Source: Oligoflexales bacterium (GTDB taxonomy: Bacteria; Bdellovibrionota_B; Oligoflexia; Oligoflexales; RGVZ01). Taken from it: a stretch of DNA of 64,000 nt. The stretch is taken from positions 78,324 to 142,323 of the forward strand of contig CANJZQ010000001.1 in the NCBI GenBank assembly GCA_947479535.1. Direction: 5' to 3'. This document shows, in pieces, positions 20,852 through 29,824 of the stretch. Under the pieces are notes generated by a model that saw only the letters and a program-made list of their open reading frames with translations, did no database searches and was not told the DNA's origin. Each line of letters opens with the position of its first letter. Position 1 is the stretch's first letter. A program made the translations under genes and the position numbers.

Positions 20852-22936
20852 ATGGCACTCGATCAATCATCCCTGCGTAATATCGGTATCATGGCCCACA
20901 TTGATGCGGGTAAGACAACGACCACAGAGCGCATCCTTTATTACACGGGCAAGATTCACAAGATCGGCGAAGTTCACGAAGGCACAGCGACGACCGACTG
21001 GATGGTCCAAGAGCAAGAGCGCGGTATCACCATCACGGCCGCCGCTATTTCTTGCCGCTGGCGGAATCATCAGATCAATCTTATCGATACTCCAGGACAC
21101 GTTGATTTCACGATTGAGGTGGAACGATCCCTCCGGGTTTTGGATGGGGCAGTTGCCGTTTTTGACGGGGTCTCCGGAGTCGAGCCACAGTCGGAGACCG
21201 TCTGGCGTCAGGCGGATAAATATAAAGTTGCTCGAATAGCCTTTATCAACAAGCTGGATCGCGTCGGGGCTGATTTTCCTGCATCGGTGGAGTCGATCCG
21301 TACGCGTTTGGCCTCCAACCCGGTTCCTTTTCAAATTCCCATTGGTGCTGAGGAGAACTTTCGGGGCGTGATTGATCTGGTCCGCATGAAGGCGCTCCTT
21401 TGGCCGGACGCCGGCAAGGATCGTGGTGAGAATTTTGAATCGGCTGATATTCCTGCAGAATTGAAGGAAGAAGCGCTTCTGGCCCGCGAGACCCTGATCT
21501 CCTCCCTCGCCGACGTTGACGACTCGATTGCTGAAAAATACCTCGAGGGCATTGAACCCGAGTTGGCTGACGTCATTGCAGCAGCCCGGCGGGCAACCAT
21601 TTCGTTCAAGATCGTTCCGGTTTTTTGTGGAAGCGCATTCAAGAACAAAGGCATTCAGCCCCTTTTGGATGCGATCATAGATTATTTGCCATCGCCTCTG
21701 GATGTTACTGCGGTCAGTGGTTTTAGTGCTGACGATAAAGAGACAGTCATCGTCCGGAAGCGAGACGTGTCAGAGCCGTTTTCAGGTATCGCCTTCAAGA
21801 TAATGAACGATAATTTTGTCGGACATGTTGTGTTTGCTCGCGTGTATTCGGGCAAGTTGTCTGTTGGTGAAGTTGTCATGAATAGTCGGACTGGCAAACG
21901 CGAGAGGATCACCAAGATCCTGCGCATGCAGGCCAACCAGCGGGAAGAACTTCAAACGGTCGAGGCTGGTGATATTTGTGCTTTGGCGGGGCTGAAGCAG
22001 ATCGCCACCGGTGACACCATCTGTGACCAAAAACATCCGATTCGTTTTGAGTCGGTAGTTTTCCCTGAACCCGTAATCTCGATTGCCATCGAGCCCAAAA
22101 CGACAGCGGACATGGATAAGTTAATGAAGTCGTTGGAACGACTCGAGAATGAAGATCCCTCCTTCCGCGTGAACTACAATGCTGAAACTGGACAGACATT
22201 GATCAACGGCATGGGCGAGCTCCATTTAGAGATTATCGTGGACCGGTTGAAACGGGAATTTAAGGTTGATGCCAATGTTGGTTCACCTCAGGTTTCCTAC
22301 CGTGAGACCATTACCGGTGCGGCCGAGGTCGAAGAAACCTTCTCGCGCGAAGGCGGGGGGATTGCCCAATTCGCCAAAGTTAGAATTGCGATCAAGCATT
22401 CCTCGGGAGCCGAGGCTCAAGGGGGCTTGATCTTTATCAACAAGGCCTCTCCAGTCGAGGTTCTTCCCCAGTTTGTCGAGGGCGTGCGCAAGGGCCTGAT
22501 GGAATCAATGCAGGCTGGCGCGTTGGCTGGCTTTCCCGTGATTGGTGTCACGGCAGAGCTCCTGGGCGGCGCTTTTGATCAACAAATATCGACCGAGAAT
22601 TCATTTAAAGTGGCAGCATCTCTGGCTCTGCGCCAGGCATTGCGTCAGGCCTCACCGCAGCTGCTGGAACCGGTGATGTGGATCGAGGTTCTCGTACCTG
22701 AAGATTATCTGAGCAACATTATAACGGATTTAAACAGCCGCCGTGCCCAGATCAACAGCGTGTCCCTCAGGGGACACTTGCAGGTGGTGGAGGCCTCGGC
22801 GCCCCTTGAACTCATGTTTGGATATTCGACCCAATTGCGGTCAATATCTCAGGGGAGGGCGACGTATACGATGCGCTTTGACAGTTATCAGCCGGTCGCT
22901 CAAGCGACGCTGATGAGGATTACCGGGCACGCTTAA
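20852..22936 (+). CDS. fusA: Translation elongation factor G
   Basis: 694 aa. [32 protein letters not shown] and [11 protein letters not shown] motifs. AGGTG lies 8 nt upstream of the ATG. Confidence 0.93.
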   Translation: MALDQSSLRNIGIMAHIDAGKTTTTERILYYTGKIHKIGEVHEGTATTDWMVQEQERGITITAAAISCRWRNHQINLIDTPGHVDFTIEVERSLRVLDGAVAVFDGVSGVEPQSETVWRQADKYKVARIAFINKLDRVGADFPASVESIRTRLASNPVPFQIPIGAEENFRGVIDLVRMKALLWPDAGKDRGENFESADIPAELKEEALLARETLISSLADVDDSIAEKYLEGIEPELADVIAAARRATISFKIVPVFCGSAFKNKGIQPLLDAIIDYLPSPLDVTAVSGFSADDKETVIVRKRDVSEPFSGIAFKIMNDNFVGHVVFARVYSGKLSVGEVVMNSRTGKRERITKILRMQANQREELQTVEAGDICALAGLKQIATGDTICDQKHPIRFESVVFPEPVISIAIEPKTTADMDKLMKSLERLENEDPSFRVNYNAETGQTLINGMGELHLEIIVDRLKREFKVDANVGSPQVSYRETITGAAEVEETFSREGGGIAQFAKVRIAIKHSSGAEAQGGLIFINKASPVEVLPQFVEGVRKGLMESMQAGALAGFPVIGVTAELLGGAFDQQISTENSFKVAASLALRQALRQASPQLLEPVMWIEVLVPEDYLSNIITDLNSRRAQINSVSLRGHLQVVEASAPLELMFGYSTQLRSISQGRATYTMRFDSYQPVAQATLMRITGHA

Positions 22937-23007
22937 GGCCTTTTCTTCGACCAAGCTGCAATCCATGGTAAAATCCCAAATGTTATCGGACATATGGGGG
23001 ATGCCAG

Positions 23008-24336
23008 TTGCACCTTATGCGGTTCAATTTTTGCTTTTTTTTTCTGGTTTTCATCGCCTTTTCTCCATTCAGAGAATTGGTGGCACAGGCCAAATCCCAC
23101 CAGATATTCATTCCGAATGTATGGAAGGAACTCTTGTCGTCCGGACGTTCTTTGGAAGTTTCTGGCGATCCGACATTCACAAAAATATTTTTTGCCATTG
23201 AGTCTGATCTGAATCGGGAGATATCCGATTTCAATGCCCTTCCATCGCTGATGTTTCCGTTGGTAGACGACAAAGAGGTTTTGTTTTGGCGGATGCGCGA
23301 TCGTAAATCTCAAGTGAGGTTGCATCCTGGCCTTATCGTTATTGTTCCAGCAGGGTCCGAAGGAATTTGGATTGATTTCGGGGTCGATGCGACGCCCAGC
23401 TCCCCTTGGGAGATTCGCGCTAGCGAGATCCACGCCAAGAAGCCCAGTCCTGAAACTGTAGAAAAAACATTTTTCTTCTCTGGCAGTTCAGTCCTGTTAA
23501 CGGGTCAAGCCAAACCATGGATGTACAGGATCTTGCCGGCAGTGGGGAATCCACTGGCCAAGAAAGTTGACGGGCAGTTTATTGGGATGCGCATTGCCCG
23601 GGCCAGTTCAGTGGGCGGAAAGGCTTGGCAGGCAACGTCAAATCTTTACCCAAAAGGGGCAGAGGAAGTCCCTGAATTCGTTGGGCCGTTTGGCGCCATC
23701 ATTGATTCTCGCGAACCAACCCGCGAAACAGTTAGTTCGGTGCGGTTTCTGGGCAAATATTTGATGGAAGATTTATCGATCAAGCGTGAGCTGGAATTTA
23801 AAGTCTCCGGCGCAAAGTCAATCGGCGGAGCAATCCGTATCGAGGACGTCTCGTTTTATCCGGCCAGTATTTTTGCTGATTTTGAATGGCACGGAGTGAA
23901 GGCAAATTACGAGGGATCGGCGAGTGGAGAGCCGCCTGAAGTGATTAAACAGATATTTGCTGGCCTTGGCGTTGGTTATGATTTTGCAAAATTTTTGCCG
24001 AATGTCGAACAGAAGGAAATCGCCGTCCATATTGGACCGCAGCTTTCGATTGTTTCTGTCCCGGTGACGACTGACTTTGAACCCAAGGGGTTTGTTGGGC
24101 TGCGCATACAACCCCAGCTGATCCGCCTTGGCTCGGTCTGGTACGGTAATTTGCAGGCAGCCAGCCGGGCTGACGGGAATATGTCTCAATACGCCGTGGG
24201 ATACATGAATTGCCGGTTTCAGGAGATTTGTCTGTCTGCTGAAACCTATCGGCGCAATCTGAATATAAAATCTGGATCGAATGAGACTGTTTTGAAGGAA
24301 ACAGGTGTGGCACTTGGTGTAGGCGCCAACTTGTAG
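23008..24336 (+). CDS. Hypothetical secreted protein (possibly outer-membrane associated)
   Basis: 442 aa. N-terminal signal-like FNFCFFFLVFIAFSPFRELVAQA. The C-terminal third has alternating hydrophobic, beta-strand-like patterning. No family recognised. TTG start at 23008, alternative ATG at 23017. Confidence 0.5.
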   Translation: MHLMRFNFCFFFLVFIAFSPFRELVAQAKSHQIFIPNVWKELLSSGRSLEVSGDPTFTKIFFAIESDLNREISDFNALPSLMFPLVDDKEVLFWRMRDRKSQVRLHPGLIVIVPAGSEGIWIDFGVDATPSSPWEIRASEIHAKKPSPETVEKTFFFSGSSVLLTGQAKPWMYRILPAVGNPLAKKVDGQFIGMRIARASSVGGKAWQATSNLYPKGAEEVPEFVGPFGAIIDSREPTRETVSSVRFLGKYLMEDLSIKRELEFKVSGAKSIGGAIRIEDVSFYPASIFADFEWHGVKANYEGSASGEPPEVIKQIFAGLGVGYDFAKFLPNVEQKEIAVHIGPQLSIVSVPVTTDFEPKGFVGLRIQPQLIRLGSVWYGNLQAASRADGNMSQYAVGYMNCRFQEICLSAETYRRNLNIKSGSNETVLKETGVALGVGANL

Positions 24337-24361
24337 GGGGCATTGGTAGCTGGTGAAATGA

Positions 24362-24438
24362 TGGTGCGGACGCCCTGACTCGAACAGGGGACCTCTACGA
24401 TGTCAACGTAGCGCTCTAACCAACTGAGCTACGCCCGC
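24362..24438 (-). tRNA. tRNA-Val (anticodon GAC), CCA encoded
   Basis: Reverse complement GCGGGCGTAGCTCAGTTGGTTAGAGCGCTACGTTGACATCGTAGAGGTCCCCTGTTCGAGTCAGGGCGTCCGCACCA. Anticodon stem CTACG/CGTAG with loop TTGACAT. Confidence 0.9.
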
Positions 24439-24452
24439 ACAAGCGAACCGTG

Positions 24453-24481
24453 GTCATAGCCCTCTGGAAATCTGTAGTCAA
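24453..24481 (-). promoter_or_regulatory. Candidate sigma-70 promoter for tRNA-Val (TTGACT-17 bp-TATGAC)
   Basis: The minus strand reads TTGACT (24481-24476), a 17-bp spacer, then TATGAC (24458-24453). The -10 ends about 14 nt upstream of the tRNA 5' end. Confidence 0.4.
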
Positions 24482-24537
24482 CGGCAAAGCTTGGCTGAGC
24501 CCTAAGTTATCAGAATATTTACTGAAAAAGGATAGGT

Positions 24538-25977
24538 ATGCCAGCGGCCGGAAGCGAGAAAACCTACGATCTGATCGTGATCGGAAGTGGTCCAGCCGGT
24601 GAAAAGGCTGCGGTAAAGGCAGCCTATTTCGGTAAAAAAGTCGCCGTCATCGAATGCCAACCAGTCGTTGGCGGGGCTGGCGTCAACACTGGGACTTTGC
24701 CGTCCAAGACCCTCAAGGAGTCAGCGCTCTTTTTTTCCGGAAAATACGAGCATGGCCTCTACGGAATCGAAAAAAAACTGGAAGAGAAAACGACGATTGA
24801 TGACTTTTTTTTTCGTGAACGTGTTGTCCAGACGGCAGTGGAAGGTGAAGTCCGGAAGAACCTTGAAATTCACAAAGTTGATTTGATTCACGGCACGGCA
24901 TCGTTTGTTGATTCGCATCACGTTTCAATCAAGCGGGATGGTTTTTCAGATGTGACGGTTCGCGGCGAATTCATTTTGATCGCCACAGGCAGTTACCCAT
25001 TCCATCCAGCCGATATTCCATTTGACGCGTTGTCCGTTCACGATTCAGACACAATTTTGCGATTGAAACGCATTCCCGAAAGCCTGGTGGTGGTCGGAGC
25101 TGGAGTCATCGGATGCGAATATGCGACGATCTTTGCGACGATGGGGACGAAGGTTCATTTAGTCAACGACCGTGACAAGATCATGCCATTTCTTGATCAC
25201 GAGATTTCCAGTTCTCTTGTCGACCATATGCGTAAAAGTGGGATTGATATTTTGTTTAACACGGCAATAAAGAGCGTGTCGAAGCGATCAAATACCAAGG
25301 ACGGCGCCAATGGTGTGACCACGGTCTTCGACGACGGCCGCGAACTCAACACGGACATGTTCCTGTTTGCTGCAGGGCGTAGTGGCACTACGGCCAGTTT
25401 GAATTGTGGCGCAGCCGGGGTGAAGCTGGGCAAACGCGAGATTGTTGAGGTCGATGGAGACTTCAGGACATCGGTCCCAAATATTTTCGCGGCCGGTGAC
25501 GTGATTGGATTTCCTGCTCTGGCCGCAACGAGTATGGACCAGGGTCGGGTTGCGGTATCGCACATGTTCGGTCTTACCGACTTGGATAACGTGACGCGTA
25601 CCTTTCCGTACGGGATTTATACGATTCCTGAAGCCTCAATGGTTGGAATGACAGAACAGGAAGCTAAAGAAAAAGGTGTCGATATTTGCACTGGGATATC
25701 GCGTTACGCAGACATGCATCGCGGGCGCATCATGGGAATCACGGACGGATTTTTGAAGCTGGTCTTTGACCGGCAGACCTTGCAGGTTTTGGGCGTACAC
25801 ATCATCGGGCCCCTGGCTACCGAGATTATTCATTATGGCTTGCTGCTCGTGCAGGACAATCGCAGCTTGAATGACTTGCTCGCGACCGTCTTTAATTATC
25901 CAACCCTTCATGATCTATACAAGTACGCTGCATATGACGGGCTGGGAAACCGGGCTGGTCATAAAATTAAAAAGTGA
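24538..25977 (+). CDS. sthA: Soluble pyridine nucleotide transhydrogenase (SthA/UdhA-like flavoprotein)
   Basis: 479 aa. FAD motif YDLIVIGSGPAGE, NAD motif VVVGAGVIGCEYATIF, and GDVIGFPALAATSMDQGR, YGIYTIPEASMVG and FNYPTLHDLYKYAA. It tracks E. coli SthA closely by eye. The redox CxxxxC disulfide is absent (GGAGVNTGTLPSK), as in SthA. Confidence 0.75.
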   Translation: MPAAGSEKTYDLIVIGSGPAGEKAAVKAAYFGKKVAVIECQPVVGGAGVNTGTLPSKTLKESALFFSGKYEHGLYGIEKKLEEKTTIDDFFFRERVVQTAVEGEVRKNLEIHKVDLIHGTASFVDSHHVSIKRDGFSDVTVRGEFILIATGSYPFHPADIPFDALSVHDSDTILRLKRIPESLVVVGAGVIGCEYATIFATMGTKVHLVNDRDKIMPFLDHEISSSLVDHMRKSGIDILFNTAIKSVSKRSNTKDGANGVTTVFDDGRELNTDMFLFAAGRSGTTASLNCGAAGVKLGKREIVEVDGDFRTSVPNIFAAGDVIGFPALAATSMDQGRVAVSHMFGLTDLDNVTRTFPYGIYTIPEASMVGMTEQEAKEKGVDICTGISRYADMHRGRIMGITDGFLKLVFDRQTLQVLGVHIIGPLATEIIHYGLLLVQDNRSLNDLLATVFNYPTLHDLYKYAAYDGLGNRAGHKIKK

Positions 25978-26002
25978 CCGCTAATGGCGCCCGTGTGAAC
26001 TT

Positions 26003-26680
26003 TCACGTCAGGTGATCCTTGAAGAAGGTGATGGTGCGCTCCCAGGCTTGCGCCGCTGCCTCGGGGCTGTACACCTCGGGGCGACGATCATTGCAAAAGG
26101 CATGATCGGCTTCATAAAACCAACCCTGACCATTCGTGTTGAAAGACTTTAACGCCTTGATGAAGGCCTTCGCCTTTTCCGGGGTGCACCATTCATCCCG
26201 GTTGGCGAAATGGGCCATAAACGGCATGGCTATTTTGTGACTGTCATAGGACTTTGGGTCGGGAAGTCCATAAAAGGCAACGGCTGCATCGACGCCTTCA
26301 ACGCACGCGGCTGAAAGTACGGTGACGGCCCCACCCATGCAGTAGCCCGTGACGCCGACGCGCCCGGATCCTTTTTTTAGGAAGCGTACGGCGCCACCAA
26401 CAATGCTGATTGCGGCTTCTTTGAAATCCAGGCTCCCCATCAGTTCGCCGGCCCGTTTTGCATTTTTAGCAACCTCTCCGCCGTATAGATCAACCCCGAG
26501 GGCGCGGAACCCTGCTTCGGCATAGCGATCACAGATTTTCTTGATCTGTTCTTGAAGGCCCCACCATTCGTGGATCACCACGACAGCAGGCGCATGGGAT
26601 CTTGAATCCGGTTCCGCAAGGTAGCCCTGGACGATGTGTCCGTCCGAGGAAGCGAATTCGATCATTGAAGTCTTTGGCAT
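26003..26680 (-). CDS. Dienelactone hydrolase family protein
   Basis: PAVVVIHEWWGL, nucleophile motif GYCMGG, and a C-terminal HAF. The start is set at MPKTSMIEF (GGAG RBS). The track ORF extends to 26740. Confidence 0.75.
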   Translation of the reverse strand: MPKTSMIEFASSDGHIVQGYLAEPDSRSHAPAVVVIHEWWGLQEQIKKICDRYAEAGFRALGVDLYGGEVAKNAKRAGELMGSLDFKEAAISIVGGAVRFLKKGSGRVGVTGYCMGGAVTVLSAACVEGVDAAVAFYGLPDPKSYDSHKIAMPFMAHFANRDEWCTPEKAKAFIKALKSFNTNGQGWFYEADHAFCNDRRPEVYSPEAAAQAWERTITFFKDHLT

Positions 26681-26743
26681 GACTGGCTCCAGTGGCTGGA
26701 TTACGGAGAAAACTTCATGTGCCAGAAGTTGCAAATGCAAGAA

Positions 26744-26780
26744 GCGCCCAGAATGACTTTTGGATCGTCATCCTGAGCGC
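26744..26780 (-). terminator. 14-bp stem hairpin in the 3' region of the thioredoxin-like gene, built from the GCGCTCAGGATGAC repeat motif
   Basis: The minus-strand RNA reads GCGCUCAGGAUGAC-gauccaaaa-GUCAUUCUGGGCGC. That is 14 bp including two G-U pairs, which are mismatches on the plus strand. It is followed by UUCUUGCAUUUGC. The motif is identical to the unit of the tandem array at 34653-34748. Confidence 0.5.
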
Positions 26781-26799
26781 TGGGAATGGGCTCGTTTTT

Positions 26800-27312
26800 T
26801 TAAAGGGTGCAGGTCGTTTGCAGTGCCTTGTTGATCGCGCGTTCGATCTGAGCTTTTTCAGCGGATTCCCAGTATCCGACCACGACATCTTCGCGCTCGC
26901 CACGGCAGTTCACGATGAAAACCTGCGGAATGCCATTTTCAACCTGCAGGGCGTTGTAAACCTTGCGGCCAACGTCCTTCACCACCGGGTGGTTCGGGTT
27001 GTGGGTCTGGATCCAGCGGGTGAAATTGCTGTCGGAACTGTCAAGGCCGAGGTCAATGACCTGCACCCGGTCGTTGCCTTTGAATTTGGTTGCCAGTGCA
27101 TCGACGTTGGATGCGTTCTTGTTGCACCAGCTGCAGCTCAAGCTGAAGGCTTCGAAAACAAAAACCGCATTCGGGTGATCTGCCATATTGTAGGTGGTAT
27201 CAGCCTGCTTGGCATTCATCCATGGAAAGGAAGTTGGTGCAATTTTTGCCGCGAATGCATTCGAAGAAAAAAGGCCGGCACTGATGATGATGGAAGAAAT
27301 AAGGGCTCGCAT
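26800..27312 (-). CDS. Secreted thioredoxin-fold protein (TlpA/redoxin-like), CSWC active site
   Basis: Signal peptide MRALISSIIISAGLFSSNAFA. CxxC motif in FEAFSLSCSWCNKN. A cis-Pro-type region GIPQVFIV. The track ORF starts 14 codons upstream, at 27354. Confidence 0.6.
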   Translation of the reverse strand: MRALISSIIISAGLFSSNAFAAKIAPTSFPWMNAKQADTTYNMADHPNAVFVFEAFSLSCSWCNKNASNVDALATKFKGNDRVQVIDLGLDSSDSNFTRWIQTHNPNHPVVKDVGRKVYNALQVENGIPQVFIVNCRGEREDVVVGYWESAEKAQIERAINKALQTTCTL

Positions 27313-27360
27313 GTTCGACTCCTTGTCGTGCAAATAATTACAAGGCCACTTCATGGTTCA

Positions 27361-27924
27361 TTATCCCATTTTCAGCAGCAAGAAGACAATCAGTGTGATT
27401 GGAATGAACCATCGTAAAAATTGATGGCCGGAATGAGGCAAATGTAATTTTTTCTTTCGGCGCAGGATTGCAGGGATTTGTTCCTGAACAAACGATGCGA
27501 GGCTTATGGGGTCTGGTAGATAAGTGATGTATAGGTCGAGGTTTGGTGCAGAAGTGGCTTGGGCAAGGCGCCAAATTTGGAAGTAAACAGTCATAACCAA
27601 CAAGGCGCCAATCGCGAATCCTGGCCGTCCACTCGCGATCAAACAGCCGGTGGAGAAGGTGAATGCCATTGCCGCATTGGGTTGTTGGCATCGCATGGCT
27701 TCGTTTGCTTTGGATACGTTTTCCGTGCAGTCGGTCAGCACACGGAATAAAAGTACAGTAACCATAACCATAAGACCCAGGAGCCTTGGCCACAACTGTG
27801 GGCCAGGCCGGGTGACCGCAACGGACAGCAGGGCGAGGGAGATGGCCAGAACTTCAGGGCTGAGCCTGGGACGGAAACGTTCTGAAATTTGACGGAGAAT
27901 GTGCATGGTGGATGATCGTACCAC
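27361..27924 (-). CDS. Hypothetical integral membrane protein (4-5 TM) with loop cysteines
   Basis: 187 aa with several hydrophobic helices. A loop reads TDCTENVSKANEAMRCQQP. Alternative start MHILRQ at 27906. No family recognised. Confidence 0.45.
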   Translation of the reverse strand: MVRSSTMHILRQISERFRPRLSPEVLAISLALLSVAVTRPGPQLWPRLLGLMVMVTVLLFRVLTDCTENVSKANEAMRCQQPNAAMAFTFSTGCLIASGRPGFAIGALLVMTVYFQIWRLAQATSAPNLDLYITYLPDPISLASFVQEQIPAILRRKKKLHLPHSGHQFLRWFIPITLIVFLLLKMG

Positions 27925-27954
27925 GTCTGCTGTGTCGGTTGTTTTCGCAGGACT

Positions 27955-28824
27955 TCAGGGGCCAAAGACCCAACGCTTATATTCCCACGTCCACTGCTCC
28001 GGGTACAAGTGGATCCATCGCTCAATCTCTGCAGCACACATCTGCGACACTTGGGCCTCTGAAATAGACCCGTGTGCAACAACCGGATCGAAAACAAGTC
28101 CGCCAAGGACTTTGAATTGCCTTGGCCCAGTTCGAACGGTAGCGACCGAAACAATTGGGGAATTGCACCGGAGGCTCATGGCCGCAGGTCCTCCCACGAA
28201 GGCGACGGGCTTTCCGATAAATTGAACGGTGTCCCCGACCCGCCCTTCGGGCTTTTGATCGATCACCATTGCTAAATGCTCGCCCCGTCGCAATGAAGAC
28301 ATCATGTCCCGTACCAACGACTTTTTATGGCTCCACAGGACGGATAAACCGAGGCGCTGGCGCAGCCATTCAAGGGCAGCTCCCCCACCTCGCACCTTTG
28401 GTCGTTTCGCCAAGGCGTGGACCCGCTTACCGCAAGTGCGAGCGATCAAGGCCCCCGTAATTTCCCAAGAGCCAATGTGTGCTGCGGCAAAAATGATCGA
28501 ACGCCCGTTTTCTTCGATGCCTTGAACCAAACGACGCCACTCTTGTTCGCCTTCAAGAATTATCGTTCCAGGGGCAACAACCTCCCTGCAGGTTTCAACC
28601 AGGCAACGGACTTGAGATCCGAAGACCTGGCGGTAAAATGCCTTTGCAAATGAGGTGTGTGGAGGCAATCCAAGGATCTTGTCGACATTCATTCGAATGA
28701 GGCGCAGGCGCCGCGAACGCAAATTTCCTGAAACCCAGGCAACACCTGTTGCGAGGATTTCAGTGATGGAATCTGGAAGGATCGCCAAAATGTGCACTAA
28801 AATTCGGAATAGCACTGCGATCAT
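27955..28824 (-). CDS. Lipid A biosynthesis / lysophospholipid acyltransferase (LpxL/HtrB family)
   Basis: AAAHIGSWE (HX4E acyltransferase motif), LAMVIDQKP and a C-terminal YPEQWTWEYKRW. The start is set at MIAVLF (28824), just after the lipA stop. The track ORF N-terminus (to 29058) overlaps lipA. Confidence 0.65.
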   Translation of the reverse strand: MIAVLFRILVHILAILPDSITEILATGVAWVSGNLRSRRLRLIRMNVDKILGLPPHTSFAKAFYRQVFGSQVRCLVETCREVVAPGTIILEGEQEWRRLVQGIEENGRSIIFAAAHIGSWEITGALIARTCGKRVHALAKRPKVRGGGAALEWLRQRLGLSVLWSHKKSLVRDMMSSLRRGEHLAMVIDQKPEGRVGDTVQFIGKPVAFVGGPAAMSLRCNSPIVSVATVRTGPRQFKVLGGLVFDPVVAHGSISEAQVSQMCAAEIERWIHLYPEQWTWEYKRWVFGP

Positions 28825-28834
28825 GATGGTCACT

Positions 28835-29749
28835 TTAAACCTTGTCGTTGCCAGTACTGCGCGATCCAGTGGCTTCCTCGTAAAACTCACGAGCACGAAA
28901 CGAACTGCGGACGAGGGGACCGGATACGGCAGCCTTGAAGCCAATCGATTTCGCGTACTGCCCCAAGTGTTCAAATTCCTCGGGGGTGACCCAACGTTTG
29001 ATCGACAGGTGCTTTTTGGTCGGGCGCATGTATTGGCCGATCGTGACAAGGTCGACATCGTGTTCGCGCAAATCCCTGAGTGCGGCTTCTACTTCCGGAA
29101 TTTCCTCACCCAAGCCTAACATCAAAGCACTTTTGGTCAGGATGTTATAGGTGGCAAGTTCCTTGGTACGCTTCAGGACGGAAAGAGACTGTCGGTATCC
29201 CGCGCGTGCATCGCGCACACGAGGGGTGAGGCGTTCAATGGTTTCGATGTTGTGCGCGTATACTTCAGGATTGGCACTGAGGATTTTCATCAGGGCTTCG
29301 TCGCTGCCTCTAAAGTCGCCGGCAAGGAGTTCAATCTTGATGCCTGGATTGGCTTCATGGACGGTTTGAACAACTTGCTTGACGTGTGCGGCACCGCCAT
29401 CGGCAAGGTCGTCGCGATCAACCATCGTGATGACCACATACTTGAGCTTCATCAGACGGGCACTTTCCGCCACCTGATCTGGCTCTTTCGGATCAAGCCA
29501 TCCGTTTGGGTTGCCCGTCTTTATATTGCAAAAGCGGCATCCTCGTGTGCAAGTATCGCCAAGCACCATGAAAGTCGCTGTGTTGGTATTCCAACATTGC
29601 GCGATATTAGGACACTTCGCTTCTTCGCAAACGGTGTACAGTTTGCGGTCGCGCAGGTCGCGTTTGATATTGAAGTAGGTTTCCCCAGATGGAATTGGGG
29701 TTTTCAGCCAAGCAGGCTTGGCAATATGAAGGGGTTCCTGGTCAGACAC
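28835..29749 (-). CDS. lipA: Lipoyl synthase
   Basis: CEEAKCPNIAQCW plus the radical-SAM motif CTRGCRFCNIKTG. 304 aa from GTG at 29749 (RBS GAGAGG). The 467-aa track ORF carries a spurious N-terminal extension. Confidence 0.93.
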   Translation of the reverse strand: MSDQEPLHIAKPAWLKTPIPSGETYFNIKRDLRDRKLYTVCEEAKCPNIAQCWNTNTATFMVLGDTCTRGCRFCNIKTGNPNGWLDPKEPDQVAESARLMKLKYVVITMVDRDDLADGGAAHVKQVVQTVHEANPGIKIELLAGDFRGSDEALMKILSANPEVYAHNIETIERLTPRVRDARAGYRQSLSVLKRTKELATYNILTKSALMLGLGEEIPEVEAALRDLREHDVDLVTIGQYMRPTKKHLSIKRWVTPEEFEHLGQYAKSIGFKAAVSGPLVRSSFRAREFYEEATGSRSTGNDKV

Positions 29750-29824
29750 GGCGAACCTCTCGAGAACTTGGTAAACTAATAGTCGACTCAACGTGTTAGC
29801 ACTAACGCCGGGGCAGGTCCAGTC

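Noticed and set aside
22937-23007. The search for a terminator or tuf/rpsJ remnant after fusA.
   Set aside because: Only an 8-nt palindrome (AAGGCCTT) is present right after the stop. There is no stem-loop with a U-tract and no ORF fragments resembling EF-Tu or S10.
26705-26735. A possible sigma-54 promoter (TGGCAC on the minus strand at 26724-26719) upstream of the dienelactone hydrolase gene, prompted by the presence of an NtrX-type activator.
   Set aside because: The -12 element is missing. The sequence 5 nt downstream is GTTT, not TTGC. No other TGGCAC-N5-TTGC match was found by eye in intergenic regions.
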